64,000 bases of DNA, taken from positions 218,302,001 through 218,366,000 of the forward strand of contig OZ024742.1 in the NCBI GenBank assembly GCA_964016885.1, in the 5' to 3' direction. Below are positions 25,115 to 38,417 of this stretch, piece by piece; position 1 is the stretch's first letter, and every line of letters starts with the position of its first letter. The position numbers were made by a program, and so were the translations under genes. Source of the stretch: Eledone cirrhosa. Taxonomy: Eukaryota. Below the pieces are notes generated by a model, which searched no databases, had not been told where the DNA came from, and was given only the letters and a program-made list of their open reading frames with translations.

Positions 25115-25683
25115 CAGAGGTTTTCAAAGTGGGCGCTACACCCCCCCACCCCCGTGGGGGGGGGGGGGCATTGAGAAGATCCAGAGGACGCTGGAGCTTA
25201 AGGGGGTAGTGGGGGAACGGTAGAAATGATATTATAGTATATTAAGTATCAAATGATACATATTATATATAAATATAGTAAAATAAAAATAATATATATT
25301 TATACATAGTATATATTATATTATTTATTATATTATTATTATAATTGGCGGTGGATTGGCAGTATCGGTAGAGGGTCGGACGCCATGCTTTGACGCATAG
25401 AGTTACGGCCCTTGCCATTCTGAATTCAAATCCCGCCGAGGTTAACTTTGCCTTTCATCCTTACGGGGTCGATAAAATAAAGTACCAGTAATGCACTGGG
25501 TAATTGCTGGCCTTGTGCCTAAAGTAGAAACAATTATTTATTATATATAAATTAACGATTTTATTTATTATATATTATTTACAATTTGCATGTAGTACGG
25601 TCTCTCTGGAAATAGGGGTGGGGGCGCTGGAGTCATTACGTGGCCGTAAGGGGGGCAGTGGCCTAAATGTTTGAGAACCTCTG
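25115..25683. mobile_element. hAT (Charlie-like) MITE with nested SINE
   Basis: TIRs CAGAGGTTTTCAAA / TTTGAGAACCTCTG; 8-bp TSD GTGTAGTG at 25107-25114 and 25684-25691. Confidence 0.9.
25347..25538 (+). mobile_element. tRNA-derived SINE (main family) inside the hAT MITE
   Basis: Full-length match to other copies. Confidence 0.92.
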
Positions 25684-27079
25684 GTGTAGTGCATAAGATG
25701 AAGGTTGTTCTGGATATATCTTCCTGGAATCACATTAACCAACCTCTTAGTGGTTACTATTTGAAATTGATCATTTTTTAGAGAGCCAATATATTAAGTT
25801 ATTTTATTTTTCAAAGTTGTTTATACAAAAAACAAAACACACTATTAAAGGGAACAAAAAAGAAACGAAAAAGAAAAAATACACAAGCAACGAAAGAAAG
25901 GGAGGGGGAGAGGGACAAGCACTACATCTCAATCTGAGCGGTGCCTCAGCCGCACCCCGCAGACAAAATGACAAAGGCATTACCACGGGAGAATAGCCAG
26001 GGAGACAGTTGCAACAGCTAATCCACCTAACGGGGCTTCCTCCTCAAGCGGACCGCCGTCTTTCCGAGGACCAAGGACTTTACGAGGACTTTACGAGGAC
26101 CAAGGACACTGGGGGTCCCGATAGAGACCGGTGCAAAGAGGAATATTCTGCAATTTTCATGTTTAGAGTCGAATAGCCATTCTCGCAAGTAATACATTGA
26201 CTGTCCTACAAGCCCTCTTCTTTTTTGACTAACTTTATCTAATTCAGTACACACTGTTACTGGATCTTTTTTAAAAACTAATGAATTCAAATATAATTTT
26301 CATTTTTTTTTTTCAGAAAAGCCATCTGTTATTTACAATAGCTCATTGTTTTGTCTAATTTGGGTGTTAAACATAGCAGACATATGTTTGGTGTAGACAA
26401 TAATTTAAAACTGTGAACGCCTTACGTTATCTCTACCCATTAAACTTAATAAAAACTATCTTAATACAACTTGAATGACCCGCTGCGTTCTGTCCATATC
26501 TACAATGAGGCAGTCAGGAAATCTAATAGATTTATATCAGAAAGGTGCAACGGTCCGTGGAGATTTAAGAGACTTTTACTCCCTTTCTTCCAATGTTCTA
26601 GTTCTTTAACGAGCATTTAAGATTCCGTTCCAGTCCCCTGCTAACACAAATAAGGGGATTAATGACCAAGAATATTTCCAGACGTCTAAATAAGATTGGA
26701 CGCCCGACACTGGTAGAGGGTTAATGGTCACCACTTTCATAGAACCACTTTAATTGATACTTGCGTCCAAAATTACTAATTTGCCTCATAGTTCAGATAG
26801 ATTTTGCTTGCTACGAGATTTATTTGTGATTGTTGTTTTGTAAAATACAGCCACGCTCCTTCGATCCAGATGGGCTGAAGGCGGTATAAATGTCGAAATC
26901 AGCCTAAAGAACAGTTAAATGCACATGCTGAAAAATCTTAGCTTCATTGATGGTCTAAACCTAAGATATTTATATCATCTGGCTTCATATTCGTGTTCCT
27001 GGTCCTGGAACCCCACACCAAACCAGGCACACATCTTAACATCAGTGAACTTTTAATCAGAGTTAATTGAAAGAAAGAT

Positions 27080-27146
<67 letters not shown>

Positions 27147-27689
27147 AGTGAGAGGGGGGCGAAAAAGAGAAAGAGAGAGGGGGGGAGATAGAGCAAGAGA
27201 GAAAGAGAAGGAAAAACAAAGGAAGGAATAATGGCTTTTATCCGAAACTTATTTATTTCAGACGGCAAAAAGGATTGATTTTGTCGAGGCCCCAAAGGGG
27301 CCATAAAGAGTTATGTTTCACTTCCACAAAATACTCCTACTCTACATCTACGAGAAAGAATTTCCTTATCGTTTTATAGACAGTTGATATTGTTTTCACC
27401 CTCAGCTTGTTTCTATTTTGACGTCTTGACGAGCCTTTATCCCCTACTACTGATATCAAAATGTTATCTACTATCTTGCTGTCATCTCAATCAATTTTGT
27501 CTTATTTTGATCGACAGTAAATTATAGGTTTAATAGTTAGTAAATCATACAAATCGACGAGCACCCTAACCATTAAAGGAAAGTGGTCTCTCCTAATTAT
27601 CTTTCTCCGACCTACATGTTCATACCGAAAGTAAAATAGTCTAACTGTTGCCATTTCCGCCACAAAGAAATCACTGTAGAAGAGCATAT

Positions 27690-28012
27690 CCATCTCCAGC
27701 CTCTCTTTCATTATCAAGCGGAAGTTGAAAAAGTCGATGAGAGTTAGACCAAAGAAGAAAGTGTTTGTCCTTAGCCCTCGCAATCTTGTTTTTGCCATTG
27801 TCACTAGACATATGGAAATTTCCTGCCCTTCTCTGTTAGAAGGCAGCAGGACGATTTTACCGGTAGACTCGCTCAATAACCTGATCCGTCCTACACATGA
27901 CAGCAGCTGTTTGACACAACTCCAAAGGACGGTATTGCTCAGACGCTGAACGACTGAGTGCTGAAAGATTTCATCATTCTGCGTGCATCTCGGGCAGGCC
28001 CTGGCTGGTTAA
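27690..28012 (-). mobile_element. Old Tx1-type ORF2 C-terminal fragment
   Basis: RACPRC...VGRIRLLSES...REGQEISICLVTMAK...LIDFFNFRL, homologous to ~56050-56400. Confidence 0.8.
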
Positions 28013-28511
28013 CCTTTATTGACTACAATATCCGAACATTTGGGGAATAATACCAACACGAAATACAAAAATGGGCGTAAGGGGAGTATATCGAGTAAAA
28101 ATCGGTTTGGGAGGAATCAGCAATAAAAGAAATAACAACACGGAAAAATAATAAAGAAATAACAATGAATATCCAGTACAAATAATAACAATGCCTCCTT
28201 CCCCCCAAAAAATAACAACATAAAAAATAATGATAATAAAAATTTCGAAAGAGAACGAAGTTTTTTTCAATGTAGGTCAAATAAACAGGAACACTGGTAA
28301 ACTAGCATGTAACATGTAAGCTGTACCCCTTAGAGATTTTATTAATATAGAATGTTATCACAAGTTTTTGAAATTCTAATGTACAAAGACAATGTTAACA
28401 TCTGTGAACACTAAGCAAAGAGAAATAAGACAGCTGGAACTCATAATGGTGCGACAGACAATGACGATCACTATCAGAAATCAAGGAAGCAAGATACACA
28501 GCAGCAACAGT

Positions 28512-28513
<2 letters not shown>

Positions 28514-28606
<93 letters not shown>

Positions 28607-28693
28607 CTGTGTATATATGTATATGTATATATATAAACATATATATGTATATATGTATATGTATATATATAAACATATATATATATATATATA

Positions 28694-28739
<46 letters not shown>

Positions 28740-28745
28740 AACATA

Positions 28746-28777
<32 letters not shown>

Positions 28778-28912
28778 AACATATATATATATATATATAT
28801 ACATATATATATAAACATATATATATAAACATATATATATACATACATATATACACACACATATATAAATATATGCATACATATATATACATACATATAC
28901 ATATATATATAC

Positions 28913-28975
<63 letters not shown>

Positions 28976-29038
28976 GATAGATATATACATATATATATAT
29001 ATACATACATATATACATATATATATATATACATACAT

Positions 29039-29069
<31 letters not shown>

Positions 29070-29089
29070 CATATATATATATGTATGTA

Positions 29090-29141
<52 letters not shown>

Positions 29142-29272
29142 CATATATACATACACACACATATATATATATATACATACATATATACATATATATATAT
29201 ATACATATATATATACATACACATATATATACACATATATGTATACACACATATATATATATATATACATAC

Positions 29273-29325
<53 letters not shown>

Positions 29326-29326
29326 C

Positions 29327-29361
<35 letters not shown>

Positions 29362-29387
29362 CACACATACATATACATATACTTACA

Positions 29388-29425
<38 letters not shown>

Positions 29426-29501
29426 CATATATACATATATACATAATATATACATATATACATACATATATATATATATACATACACATATATATATATA
29501 T

Positions 29502-29538
<37 letters not shown>

Positions 29539-29623
29539 CATATATATATATATACATACATATATATATATATATATACGTACATATATATATACACACA
29601 TATATATATAAATATATATACAT

Positions 29624-29714
<91 letters not shown>

Positions 29715-29755
29715 TATATAGATATACATATATATACATATATATGTGTGTGTAT
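28514..29755. repeat. Very long (TA)n/(TACA)n compound microsatellite
   Basis: About 1.2 kb of TA with CA interruptions. Confidence 0.97.
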
Positions 29756-30180
29756 AAAGAACAACAGAAATTGAGGCCAACAAACAAAACAAGTGTTACG
29801 TACATTGGCGTCTCTAGTAACAAGATCCCAAAATATAACTTCTGGAATATATTTTCGTAGGCGATATGGTTTTTGTAGAAAAACATTAAGAATATGTTTA
29901 CCTATCATATTTACATTTCAATCCTGCTGGCTATCTTCGTTTACCTTCCTTCCGCCTTCATTTTTTTGCTTGCCTTGTTGTTTATTGTTGTGTCTGCTGT
30001 TTTGGATACAGTTAATGGTTTTGGTAAAGAACAGAATTATCATTATTTCAATTTAATTGACTTTTACCCAGACCTGTCAACTCTCCCCGTCCGATGGGGG
30101 AGATCTCCCACCCACTTTACGGTGGGTGAGAGATGTCTTCTCTTGTGAAAATGGGTATAGCTTTCATTATATAAAATCTT

Positions 30181-30352
30181 GGATTGGCAGTATCGGTAGA
30201 GGGTCGGACGCCATGCTTTGACGCATTGAGTTACGGCCCTTGTCATTCTGAGTTCAAACCCCACCGAGGTTTAACTTTGCCTTTCATCCTTACGGGGTCG
30301 ATAAAATAAAGTACCAGTAATAGCTGGCCTTGTGCCAAAAGTAGAAACAATT
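30181..30352 (+). mobile_element. tRNA-derived SINE with TSD
   Basis: Flanked by ATTATATAAAATCTT on both sides. Confidence 0.92.
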
Positions 30353-30578
30353 ATATAAAATCTTCCCATTTTGCTTCATTTATCCACGTTTTGGTGTACT
30401 TTTTTCATGGTACACTTCATTTGGGCTTTTAGAGTTTAGTATGTCTGAATTTACATCAAAATGTAACCCCGTGACCAACAATAATTAGGTGGGAGCATTG
30501 TAAAATTGGTTTGTGTTTGGATAGTCTATAATAGAGAATTTAGCTTTTCGTGTGACTGACATTGGTTGAATATTCTGT

Positions 30579-30836
30579 GGAGGTGCATGGCCTAGAGGTA
30601 AGGGTGTTGTGGTTGGTTCGTGGACTGTGTTGTACGTTCTGTTCATGAGAAAAACACTTTATTTCACGTTGCTCCAGTATACTCAGCAGAAAATGACCAC
30701 CTGCAACAGTAGGGGTTTAAAACCTGCGATAGACTGCCATCCTGTCCAGGGGAAATCTTGTACTCTCAGTTGCTTCATGTCACGGAAACTAGCATAACCA
30801 CCAGCCTGATGAGCTTCCGGGTTCGAGACACAGACG
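30579..30836 (+). mobile_element. Second, older tRNA-derived SINE family
   Basis: Head GGAGGTGCATGGCCTAGAGGTAAG...GGTTCG; core AACCTGCGATAGACTGCCATCCTGTCCAGGGG...GTTGCTTCATG resembles conserved metazoan SINE cores (from memory); partial relative at ~16710-16770. Confidence 0.7.
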
Positions 30837-30891
30837 TGTAGTGAGTGTGGGTTTTTATATGAATAATGTTTAGAGCTGTAAGTTTAAAGTG

Positions 30892-30923
<32 letters not shown>

Positions 30924-30926
<3 letters not shown>

Positions 30927-31116
30927 GGAGTAAGTAAGACCCCGACGGCTGAGCTCAAGCCGTTTCGACGGCTAATTCTGGCACAGAATTAGCCGTCGAA
31001 ACGGCTTGAGCTCAGCCGTCGGGGTCTTACTTACTCCTATTACCCACTCTACTACCCTAAGTATTGAGTACTTTGGTGCGTTATGGTCCACCTGGTTCCT
31101 TACCACTTTTCCCTCG

Positions 31117-31118
<2 letters not shown>
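30924..31118 (+). mobile_element. Fold-back element: perfect 57-bp hairpin plus ~77-bp tail, inserted in (TA)n
   Basis: Arms 30924-30980 and 30984-31040 are exact reverse complements, loop GCA; right arm reads as a hammerhead 3' half. Confidence 0.85.
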
Positions 31119-31155
<37 letters not shown>

Positions 31156-31251
31156 TTTACATATATATACACATACATATACATATACGTGTTTTGCAAC
31201 TGGTCACTTTGTGGCTCAATGAAAAATTAATAAATTAAACAATCAGAGCTA

Positions 31252-31723
31252 TATATCATAAAACATGTCTATAGAATCACAAGATAAAATATATACTATT
31301 TTTAGCCATTTTGAAATGAATTCTTGGCGCGATCACTTTGGAAAATTTAGTGTCTAGATAAGAGCGAGCTTCCTGATGAATCCGGCGATCAAGTTTATAT
31401 AATTATTACATAATTATTGGAAAACTCAAAATACAGACGAAACCATGGTAGAGGTATTTAAATGTATTCTATTTTCTCCTAGTTTATTTTACACCTAATT
31501 CTGTTTAGTTGACTATATCTGGGCGATTACGCTGTCGAAATATTCGATAAATATTCCGCTACGGCCGACGCGAAGCGCTAGTTTCGGTTATTTGTCGGAG
31601 ATTTCTTCATAGAAGCCTCATTCTTATAGCCTGGTCTATTCGATTTTTTATATAGTTAATTATGTTAATTGGGAGAGGAAATAGTATATATTTTATCTTG
31701 TGATTCTATAGACATGTTTTATG

Positions 31724-31728
<5 letters not shown>
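31252..31728 (+). mobile_element. pLTR-like element with 50-bp inverted termini and an internal hammerhead
   Basis: TATATCATAAAACATGTCTATAGAATCACAAGATAAAATATATACTATTT (31252-31301) is inverted at 31679-31728. Confidence 0.75.
31368..31455 (+). ncRNA. Type I hammerhead, stem II partly decayed
   Basis: GCTTC-CTGATGA-ATCCG...CAGAC-GAAA-CCATGG-TA-GAGGT; palindromic ACCATGGT stem III, GUA triplet. Confidence 0.6.
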
Positions 31729-31754
<26 letters not shown>

Positions 31755-31835
31755 TTAGGTTGAAACATAAATTCCCGCCGTTTTTTTTTTATTAAACACA
31801 TTATAACAACGGCGGGAATTTATGTTACAACCCAA
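31755..31835. mobile_element. 81-bp mariner-type MITE (MADE1-like architecture)
   Basis: ~28-bp TIRs TTAGGTTGAAACATAAATTCCCGCCGTT / AACGGCGGGAATTTATGTTACAACCCAA, flanked by TA. Confidence 0.8.
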
Positions 31836-31874
31836 TATATATGTATATATATATATGTATATATATATATATGC

Positions 31875-32020
<146 letters not shown>

Positions 32021-32382
32021 ATGTGTCTATGTATTTATATGTGTATATGTATGTGTCTCTATATGTATGCGTCTATGTATGTGTATGTGTATTTATATGG
32101 TATGTGTATGTATATGTATGTGTATGTATGTGTTTATATATATGTGTATGTATATGTATGTATATGTATGTGTGTGTATGCGTGTGTATTTATTTATATG
32201 TCTATATGTATGTATATCGATGTATACTTTATATTTTACTTGTTTGTATATATATGTGTGTGTATATATATGTGTGTATATATATATACATGTGTGTGTA
32301 TATATGTGTGTGTATATATGTGTATGTGTATGTGTATGTATATATATATGTGTGTATATATGTGTATGTATATATGTATATG

Positions 32383-32413
<31 letters not shown>

Positions 32414-32420
32414 ATGTGTG

Positions 32421-32458
<38 letters not shown>

Positions 32459-33061
32459 CTTGATATATTTCTTTTTTCTTTTTTCTTTTTCTTTTCTTTT
32501 TATTTCTAAGTTTATAGATACATCTATAAATAGGCAGCCTGCCGAAACCGTTGAATACTGACCTCTCCCCCCCTCCCACCTAATTTCTGTATCCTGATCT
32601 AAATATGTGTGGCAGTGTTTATGTGCGTGCATTAATGTCCATATGCTTATGATAATACTATATGCACATATATATGTGTGTGGGGGTGTGTGTGTGTATG
32701 TATGTTCGTAGTTATGTGTATGTTTATGCATATACGCGCGTGTGGGTGTGAGTGTACGAATATGTGTGAGTATATGAATGTGTGTATACATTTGTTTCAT
32801 ATTTATGTGTCTATACGCATTTTATCTGTGGATTATAGACTTACAGAGACATTAGCCTTGAATTTTTGTATTTGCATACATCTTTTTGGCATGCGTATGC
32901 ATGTGAACATATATTTTTATGTAAATATGTGTATGAAGTTAATTACATGTATATACACACACCAAACTGCATAAAATTTTTTGTATTTTCATTGGTCAAT
33001 TTGAACTCTGTTCCCAAACGGACCTGAAATTTTGAATTGTTGTTATTATCAATAAATATAT

Positions 33062-33216
33062 TTCATTATTTCTGAAGACGGCATATATATGTGTTGGGTA
33101 TGTATATTTAATTTTGATAGTTTGTATAATTTTGTATAATTTTGTACATAGATCTGTTGAATATGCATGCCAATTCTAACACATATATATCCTAGAAACG
33201 ATCGTTAAATAATGAA
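33062..33216 (+). ncRNA. Type I hammerhead with 10-bp stem I and greatly extended stem II
   Basis: TTCATTATTT-CTGAAGA-[~115 nt hairpin]-GAAA-CGATCG-TT-AAATAATGAA; palindromic ACGATCGT stem III. Confidence 0.72.
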
Positions 33217-33270
33217 CTTTTTTTGTTTAATATAAGGAACTGTTTCATTGTTTTATTCATTATTTTTTTA

Positions 33271-33360
<90 letters not shown>

Positions 33361-33492
33361 GAGGTTATATTTAATTTGTTGGGATACAACAAGCAAAGTA
33401 TTTTTATAACTGATATAAAGCTCTATCCAGGAGACTCCAACCGTGAAGGTTGCATTTTTCAGGATCAATATTTATTTATATATTATATATTA

Positions 33493-33558
33493 TATTTTAT
33501 CTGATGAAAGCGTACCATAATTTGCCTTGGTGGCCCTTGAAATATGTATAATGAAATA
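33493..33558 (+). ncRNA. AU-rich type I hammerhead (AUA triplet)
   Basis: TATTTTAT-CTGATGA-AAG..TACCA...TGGTG..CTT-GAAA-TATGT-ATA-ATGAAATA. Confidence 0.55.
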
Positions 33559-33604
33559 AATATGGTTTTATAAATATAGTTTCCATTTGTTAATATATTG
33601 TATA

Positions 33605-34361
33605 TTTCCTATCTTCGGTTTGCTTTTATCCTTCTATGTTGTTTATTTGTCCCCCTCGCTTTACGCGATTTACTGGTCCCAATAACTTTTTTTAGTTATT
33701 GCTCGCACCAACCTGAGGTATCTGATTTTTAATGCGATGAAATACCAATGATGGTTGGAAAATCACTGACGAAGGACTATTTTTATCATATGTAACCCAT
33801 GTGCAACCACCCAGTATTCTTCTTTCTTCTCATGTTTTTTATATATATTTACCTCGGCTGCGTTTGTCTGTTTCTCTCTTACTGCTTCCCCGTTCTCTCT
33901 GTTTCTCTCACCTTCTTTCGCCCCTCTGTCAGTTACACTTTCTCTCGACTGACCTCTTCCTCACACTTCCACTCACTCACTCTCTGTTTCTCCCCTTCTC
34001 ACTTCCTCCCGTTTGGCTTGTAGTGGGTCTCTTCTTGCTCATATCTCACACACATCAATACGGTCTGTACCTCTCTCGCTCATGAAATCCATCCAGCTTA
34101 TGCTGACCGGACAACCATGTTGCTTGTTTATTTTCCTATCTTCGGTTTGCTTTTATCCTTCTATGTTGTTTACTTGTCCCCCTCGCTTTACGCGAATTAC
34201 TGGTCCCAATAACTTTTTTTAGTTATTGCTCGCACCAACCTGAGGTATCTGATTTTTAATGCGATGAAATACCAATGATGGTTGGAAAATCACTGACGAA
34301 GGACTATTTTTATCATATGTAACCCATGTGGAACCACGCAGTATTCTTCTTTCTTCTTATG

Positions 34362-34370
<9 letters not shown>
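33605..34370. repeat. Partial tandem duplication (~527-bp period, ~240 bp duplicated), pLTR-like
   Basis: 33605-33845 nearly identical to 34132-34370; both contain CACTGACGAAGGAC; the second copy runs into (TA)n. Confidence 0.85.
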
Positions 34371-34455
<85 letters not shown>

Positions 34456-34458
<3 letters not shown>

Positions 34459-37015
34459 AAAAAATTGAACGGGAACAAAACAGAGAGGCAGTACGAACAA
34501 AGGTTTATTAGTTTCACGCTCTTGAGAGTGGGGTGGTGGTGGGGAACGACGTTTCGGGCATAAGCCCTTCTTCAGGTGAGAAGTGTGTGGGAAGAGAGTT
34601 CCAAGGGTGTGTAGGGGGGGGGAGACATATAGAAAACGGGGGGTGAGAGGAAACGGTACAAATGAAATTAAATATAAAAGCATAGTAAAAATAAAAATAA
34701 ACATGAAGTAAAACAGGTGGTGGAAGGGTGTGGAGCATGTAGGGGTGGTGGCGGGTGGAGTGGCGAGAGGGAGGCGGGGTGTCCGAGCGGGGAGGGCTGA
34801 AGGTTGTGTGTGTGTGTAGGTGTACGTGTGTGTGTGTGTGTGTAGGTGTACGTGTGTGTGTGTGTGTATGTGAAAGTAAGAGTTGGAGGGAGAACGGGGT
34901 TGCATGTTCAGGAAAAGGTGTGTGTGTGGTGGGGTGTAGGTCGGTGTGTGTGTGCGTGTGTGGGTGGGGAGGGGTCAGAGGGTGGGGGAGAGGATTCCGG
35001 AGGCTGAGTGTGTAAATATGTGGTGGTACGCACGTGTGTGTGGTGTTTATGCGTGTTGTGGATGTAGGTGGCGTGTGGGAAAAAAAAATTTTGAGTGTAT
35101 GTCAGTGGGTGAGTCCTTAAGGTACTTCCGTAGAGGATGTCGTGGAATGCTGGGTAATATCCTTGGGATGTGGTTGATTCTTGGGATCGATGTCCAATAT
35201 GTGTAATCCGTGGTTGGGTTGGTCGGAAGAGGGGAGATGTGGGGTGCGCGCGCAACAGGAAGTGGTCAGAGAGTCAAGGCAGGAGGAGGGCTGTGTGTCT
35301 GTGTGTGCGGGGAGGTGGTCAGAGATAAGGGCATAGCAGCAGTCGGGGAGAATGGTAAGTGAAGAAAGTCGGTGTGTCAGTGTGTGCGGAGGTGCGGTGG
35401 ACGGGGGAGAGGATGGGTAGGTGTGAAAGTTGGAGTGGGTGTGTGTGTGTATTAGTAGAGATGTTAGTGGGATGTGTGTGAGAAAGGGTGTGGGTGGAGC
35501 GGGGAGAGAAGGTTGTAGGGGCCGGTGGAGGGAGTGTAGTGTACTGGTGTGTGTGTGCGTGTTTGGATGAGTGTGTGTGTGGTGAAGGGGGTGTTAGTGG
35601 GTGTTAGTATACTGGTGGTGGGGAAAGGATTGAATGCGGGTGTGAGTGGGGGTCAGTGGTGGTAGGGTGTGTAGAGTGGGTGGTGTAAGTGGGTGTGTGT
35701 GTTCGTGTGCGTAGGGTTGGGGGTGTTAGTGATATTAGTTGCGTGTAGAGTGGGTGGTGTAAGTGGGTGTGTGTGTTCGTGTGCGTGGGGTCGGGGGGTG
35801 TTAGTGATGTTAGTTGCGGGGTGGTGGGGTGGATGTGTTGGGCTGAGGGTTAGTGGTGGTAGTAGGGTGTGTGTTTAGTGTGAGCGCGTGTATATATGTA
35901 CCGGTGGGTGTGTGCGTGTGATAAGGGGAGGGGGAGAAGAAAGGAGGGATGTTAGTATGTTAGTTGGGGAAGGGTGGTCGGGAGTGGGGTGGAGGTGTTA
36001 GTATTGTTAGTTGTGGGGTGGGCGGTGAAAAGGAGGGGTGTGTTAGTGGTGTTAGTGGGGGATATGTGTGGGGGGAGGGGGCGGTCGAAGGCTAAAGGAA
36101 TAAGGGTGGGGAGTTCAGGCCGGGGGGGGGGGGGTCTGTAGGGTGAAGATGGTTCGTTGTTCGACCCTGAGGAGAGTGGCGGGTGTTCCGTGGCATTGGA
36201 GTAGACCACAGACTGTGAGGTGGTGCGCGGAATGTCCAGGGGCACCAAAGTGGCAGGCGATGGGGGAACTACTACCGAGACGAATATCTCGGAGGTGTTC
36301 GGTAAACCGGTCCGCCAGGCGACGTCCAGATTAGGTTGGAGGAGGTGCAGCGGAAGGCATGCCGGACAGAGAGAGTGGCCGTTGGGACCCTAGAAGGTGG
36401 TGGTGTTGGTGATGTGGGGACAGGTGTTGCAACGGGGCCTGGAACAGGGAAGGGAACCGGGGGGGAGGGGAGCGTGGGTTGGGGGTAGGGAGCTGTGGAC
36501 GAGGAGGGTGCGGAGATTGCGTGCGCGTTTGAAGGAGGGGAGTGGTGGGGCTGGGAAGATGTGGGAGGTGGAGGGGTCGAACTGGAGGCGGAGGAAGAGG
36601 TGGAGGGGTATGGTGGAGGGGTGGTAGGTGATGGGGAAGGGGAGACGGTGGGTGTGCGGTGGTGTGGGGTGAGGGTGGTAGAGCGGTGGACAGCACGGGC
36701 GCGGGTGAGAGCGGTGTGGACGAGAGAGGGGGGTAACCTCTGCGGATGAAATGGCTGACTAGGGAAAGGGCCTGGGACTCAAAGTCAGCATCTCGGCTAC
36801 AGAGGTGGCGGATCCTGAGGAGTTGGGAGTAGGGAATAGAGTGTTAGTGTGTGTAGGGTGGGAAGAGGTGAAGTCGAGGTAGGAGTGGAAGTCGGTGGAT
36901 TTGAAGAAAGCAGAGGTGACGAGGGAGTGGTGGGAGGGGTCGAAGGCGACGGAGATGTCTAAGAAGTGGACGTGGGTGGTGGAGATAAAGGTGGTGAAGT
37001 GGAGGGATGGATGGC
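34456..37015 (-). mobile_element. 5'-truncated Penelope-like element (Neptune-type): RT thumb, Cys motif, GIY-YIG remnant, long 3' UTR/pLTR
   Basis: HFLDISV...FKSTDFHSYLDFTSSHP...YSQLLRIRHLCS; PCSRPRCNTCPHI; FRCTSSNL; RRLADRFTEHLRDI...PIACHF...H...RVEQRTIFTLQT..PGLN; the central YIG segment is deleted. Confidence 0.88.
34546..34577 (-). ncRNA. Minimal hammerhead in the PLE pLTR
   Basis: Minus strand CTGAAGA-A-GGGC-TTAT-GCCC-GAAAC-GTC-GT; stems I and III very short. Confidence 0.7.
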
Positions 37016-37059
37016 TGGAAGAAGCAGAAGAAGGAGAGAAAGTAGTCGAATATATATAT

Positions 37060-37373
37060 ATAGTAATAATAATAAATTTGAAGACTAAAATCCAAAGAGG
37101 GCTCGATAAGGATAAATATATATCAAATATATAAGAACCGTAGAGCAAATATTTATTATTTGCGTGTAATTGTTTTTCACCGCTCCTATTAATGGTGTAT
37201 TATATTCGTTTTTTCCCGTTCTTTGCCAGGGAACGTTTCCACGAACCAAAGTATCGTCTTCCTGTCTTCCACCGGTTGCAACGTTTTTTGAAATATCCAC
37301 TTCTGCGTTTACAGATTGACTTTGTTAGTTTCAGAAGATCCCGTTAAGGGTGAAAGCAGTAATTCTTTGCTTA

Positions 37374-37380
<7 letters not shown>
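37060..37380. mobile_element. Unclassified TA-flanked repeat family (3 copies in window)
   Basis: 37160-37375 aligns by eye with 62195-62415; shared terminus with 23341 and 61821. Confidence 0.75.
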
Positions 37381-37471
<91 letters not shown>

Positions 37472-37555
37472 CTGTATGTATTATGTATGTGTGTGTGTGT
37501 GTATTTGTGTGTGTGCAGGTATGTAATTCTGAATGTTTGCATGTCCTCAATGTCT

Positions 37556-37629
37556 AGTCGGTGAACTCAGTAGATTAGAGTGTCTTGTTAATAACGCAAG
37601 TGTCGTGTGCTCGTTCCCCATACTGGTCT
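37556..37629 (+). pseudogene. tRNA-Ile(AAT) pseudogene
   Basis: AGTCGGTGAACTCAGTAGATTAGAGTGTCTTGTTAATAACGCAAGTGTCGTGTGCTCGTTCCCCATACTGGTCT is colinear with eukaryotic tRNA-Ile(AAU); anticodon at 37590-37592; D-loop GG and T-loop GTTC are mutated. Confidence 0.75.
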
Positions 37630-37855
37630 AATTTTGATTTTATTCTTTCTTTTTATTCCTTTATTATCTAGGCGTACATTTCAGTTGTAAGTTTAACTCC
37701 TGCTGAGATTGATTTTATCTTTAGTATGCGAACATACCTTTATTTTAGACGTTAAATATTCTGAATTTTGCGCACTGATCTTTTTTTGTTTTTTTATAAA
37801 CATATATAAAAGGAAAGTAATTTAATTAACTTTCAATTTGTCACCATATGTGTGT

Positions 37856-38410
<555 letters not shown>

Positions 38411-38417
38411 AAATAAA

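Noticed and set aside
30806-30830. CTGATGAGC...GTTCGAGAC as a hammerhead
   Set aside because: GAAA absent, and it is the tail of the second SINE family
37333-37362. CAGAAGA...GAAAGC as a bona fide hammerhead (also at 62374)
   Set aside because: U4 replaced by A, and stems I and III are not convincing; mentioned only within the family finding
37556-37629. Functional tRNA-Ile
   Set aside because: D-loop GG, T-loop GTTC and several stem pairs are mutated; kept as a pseudogene
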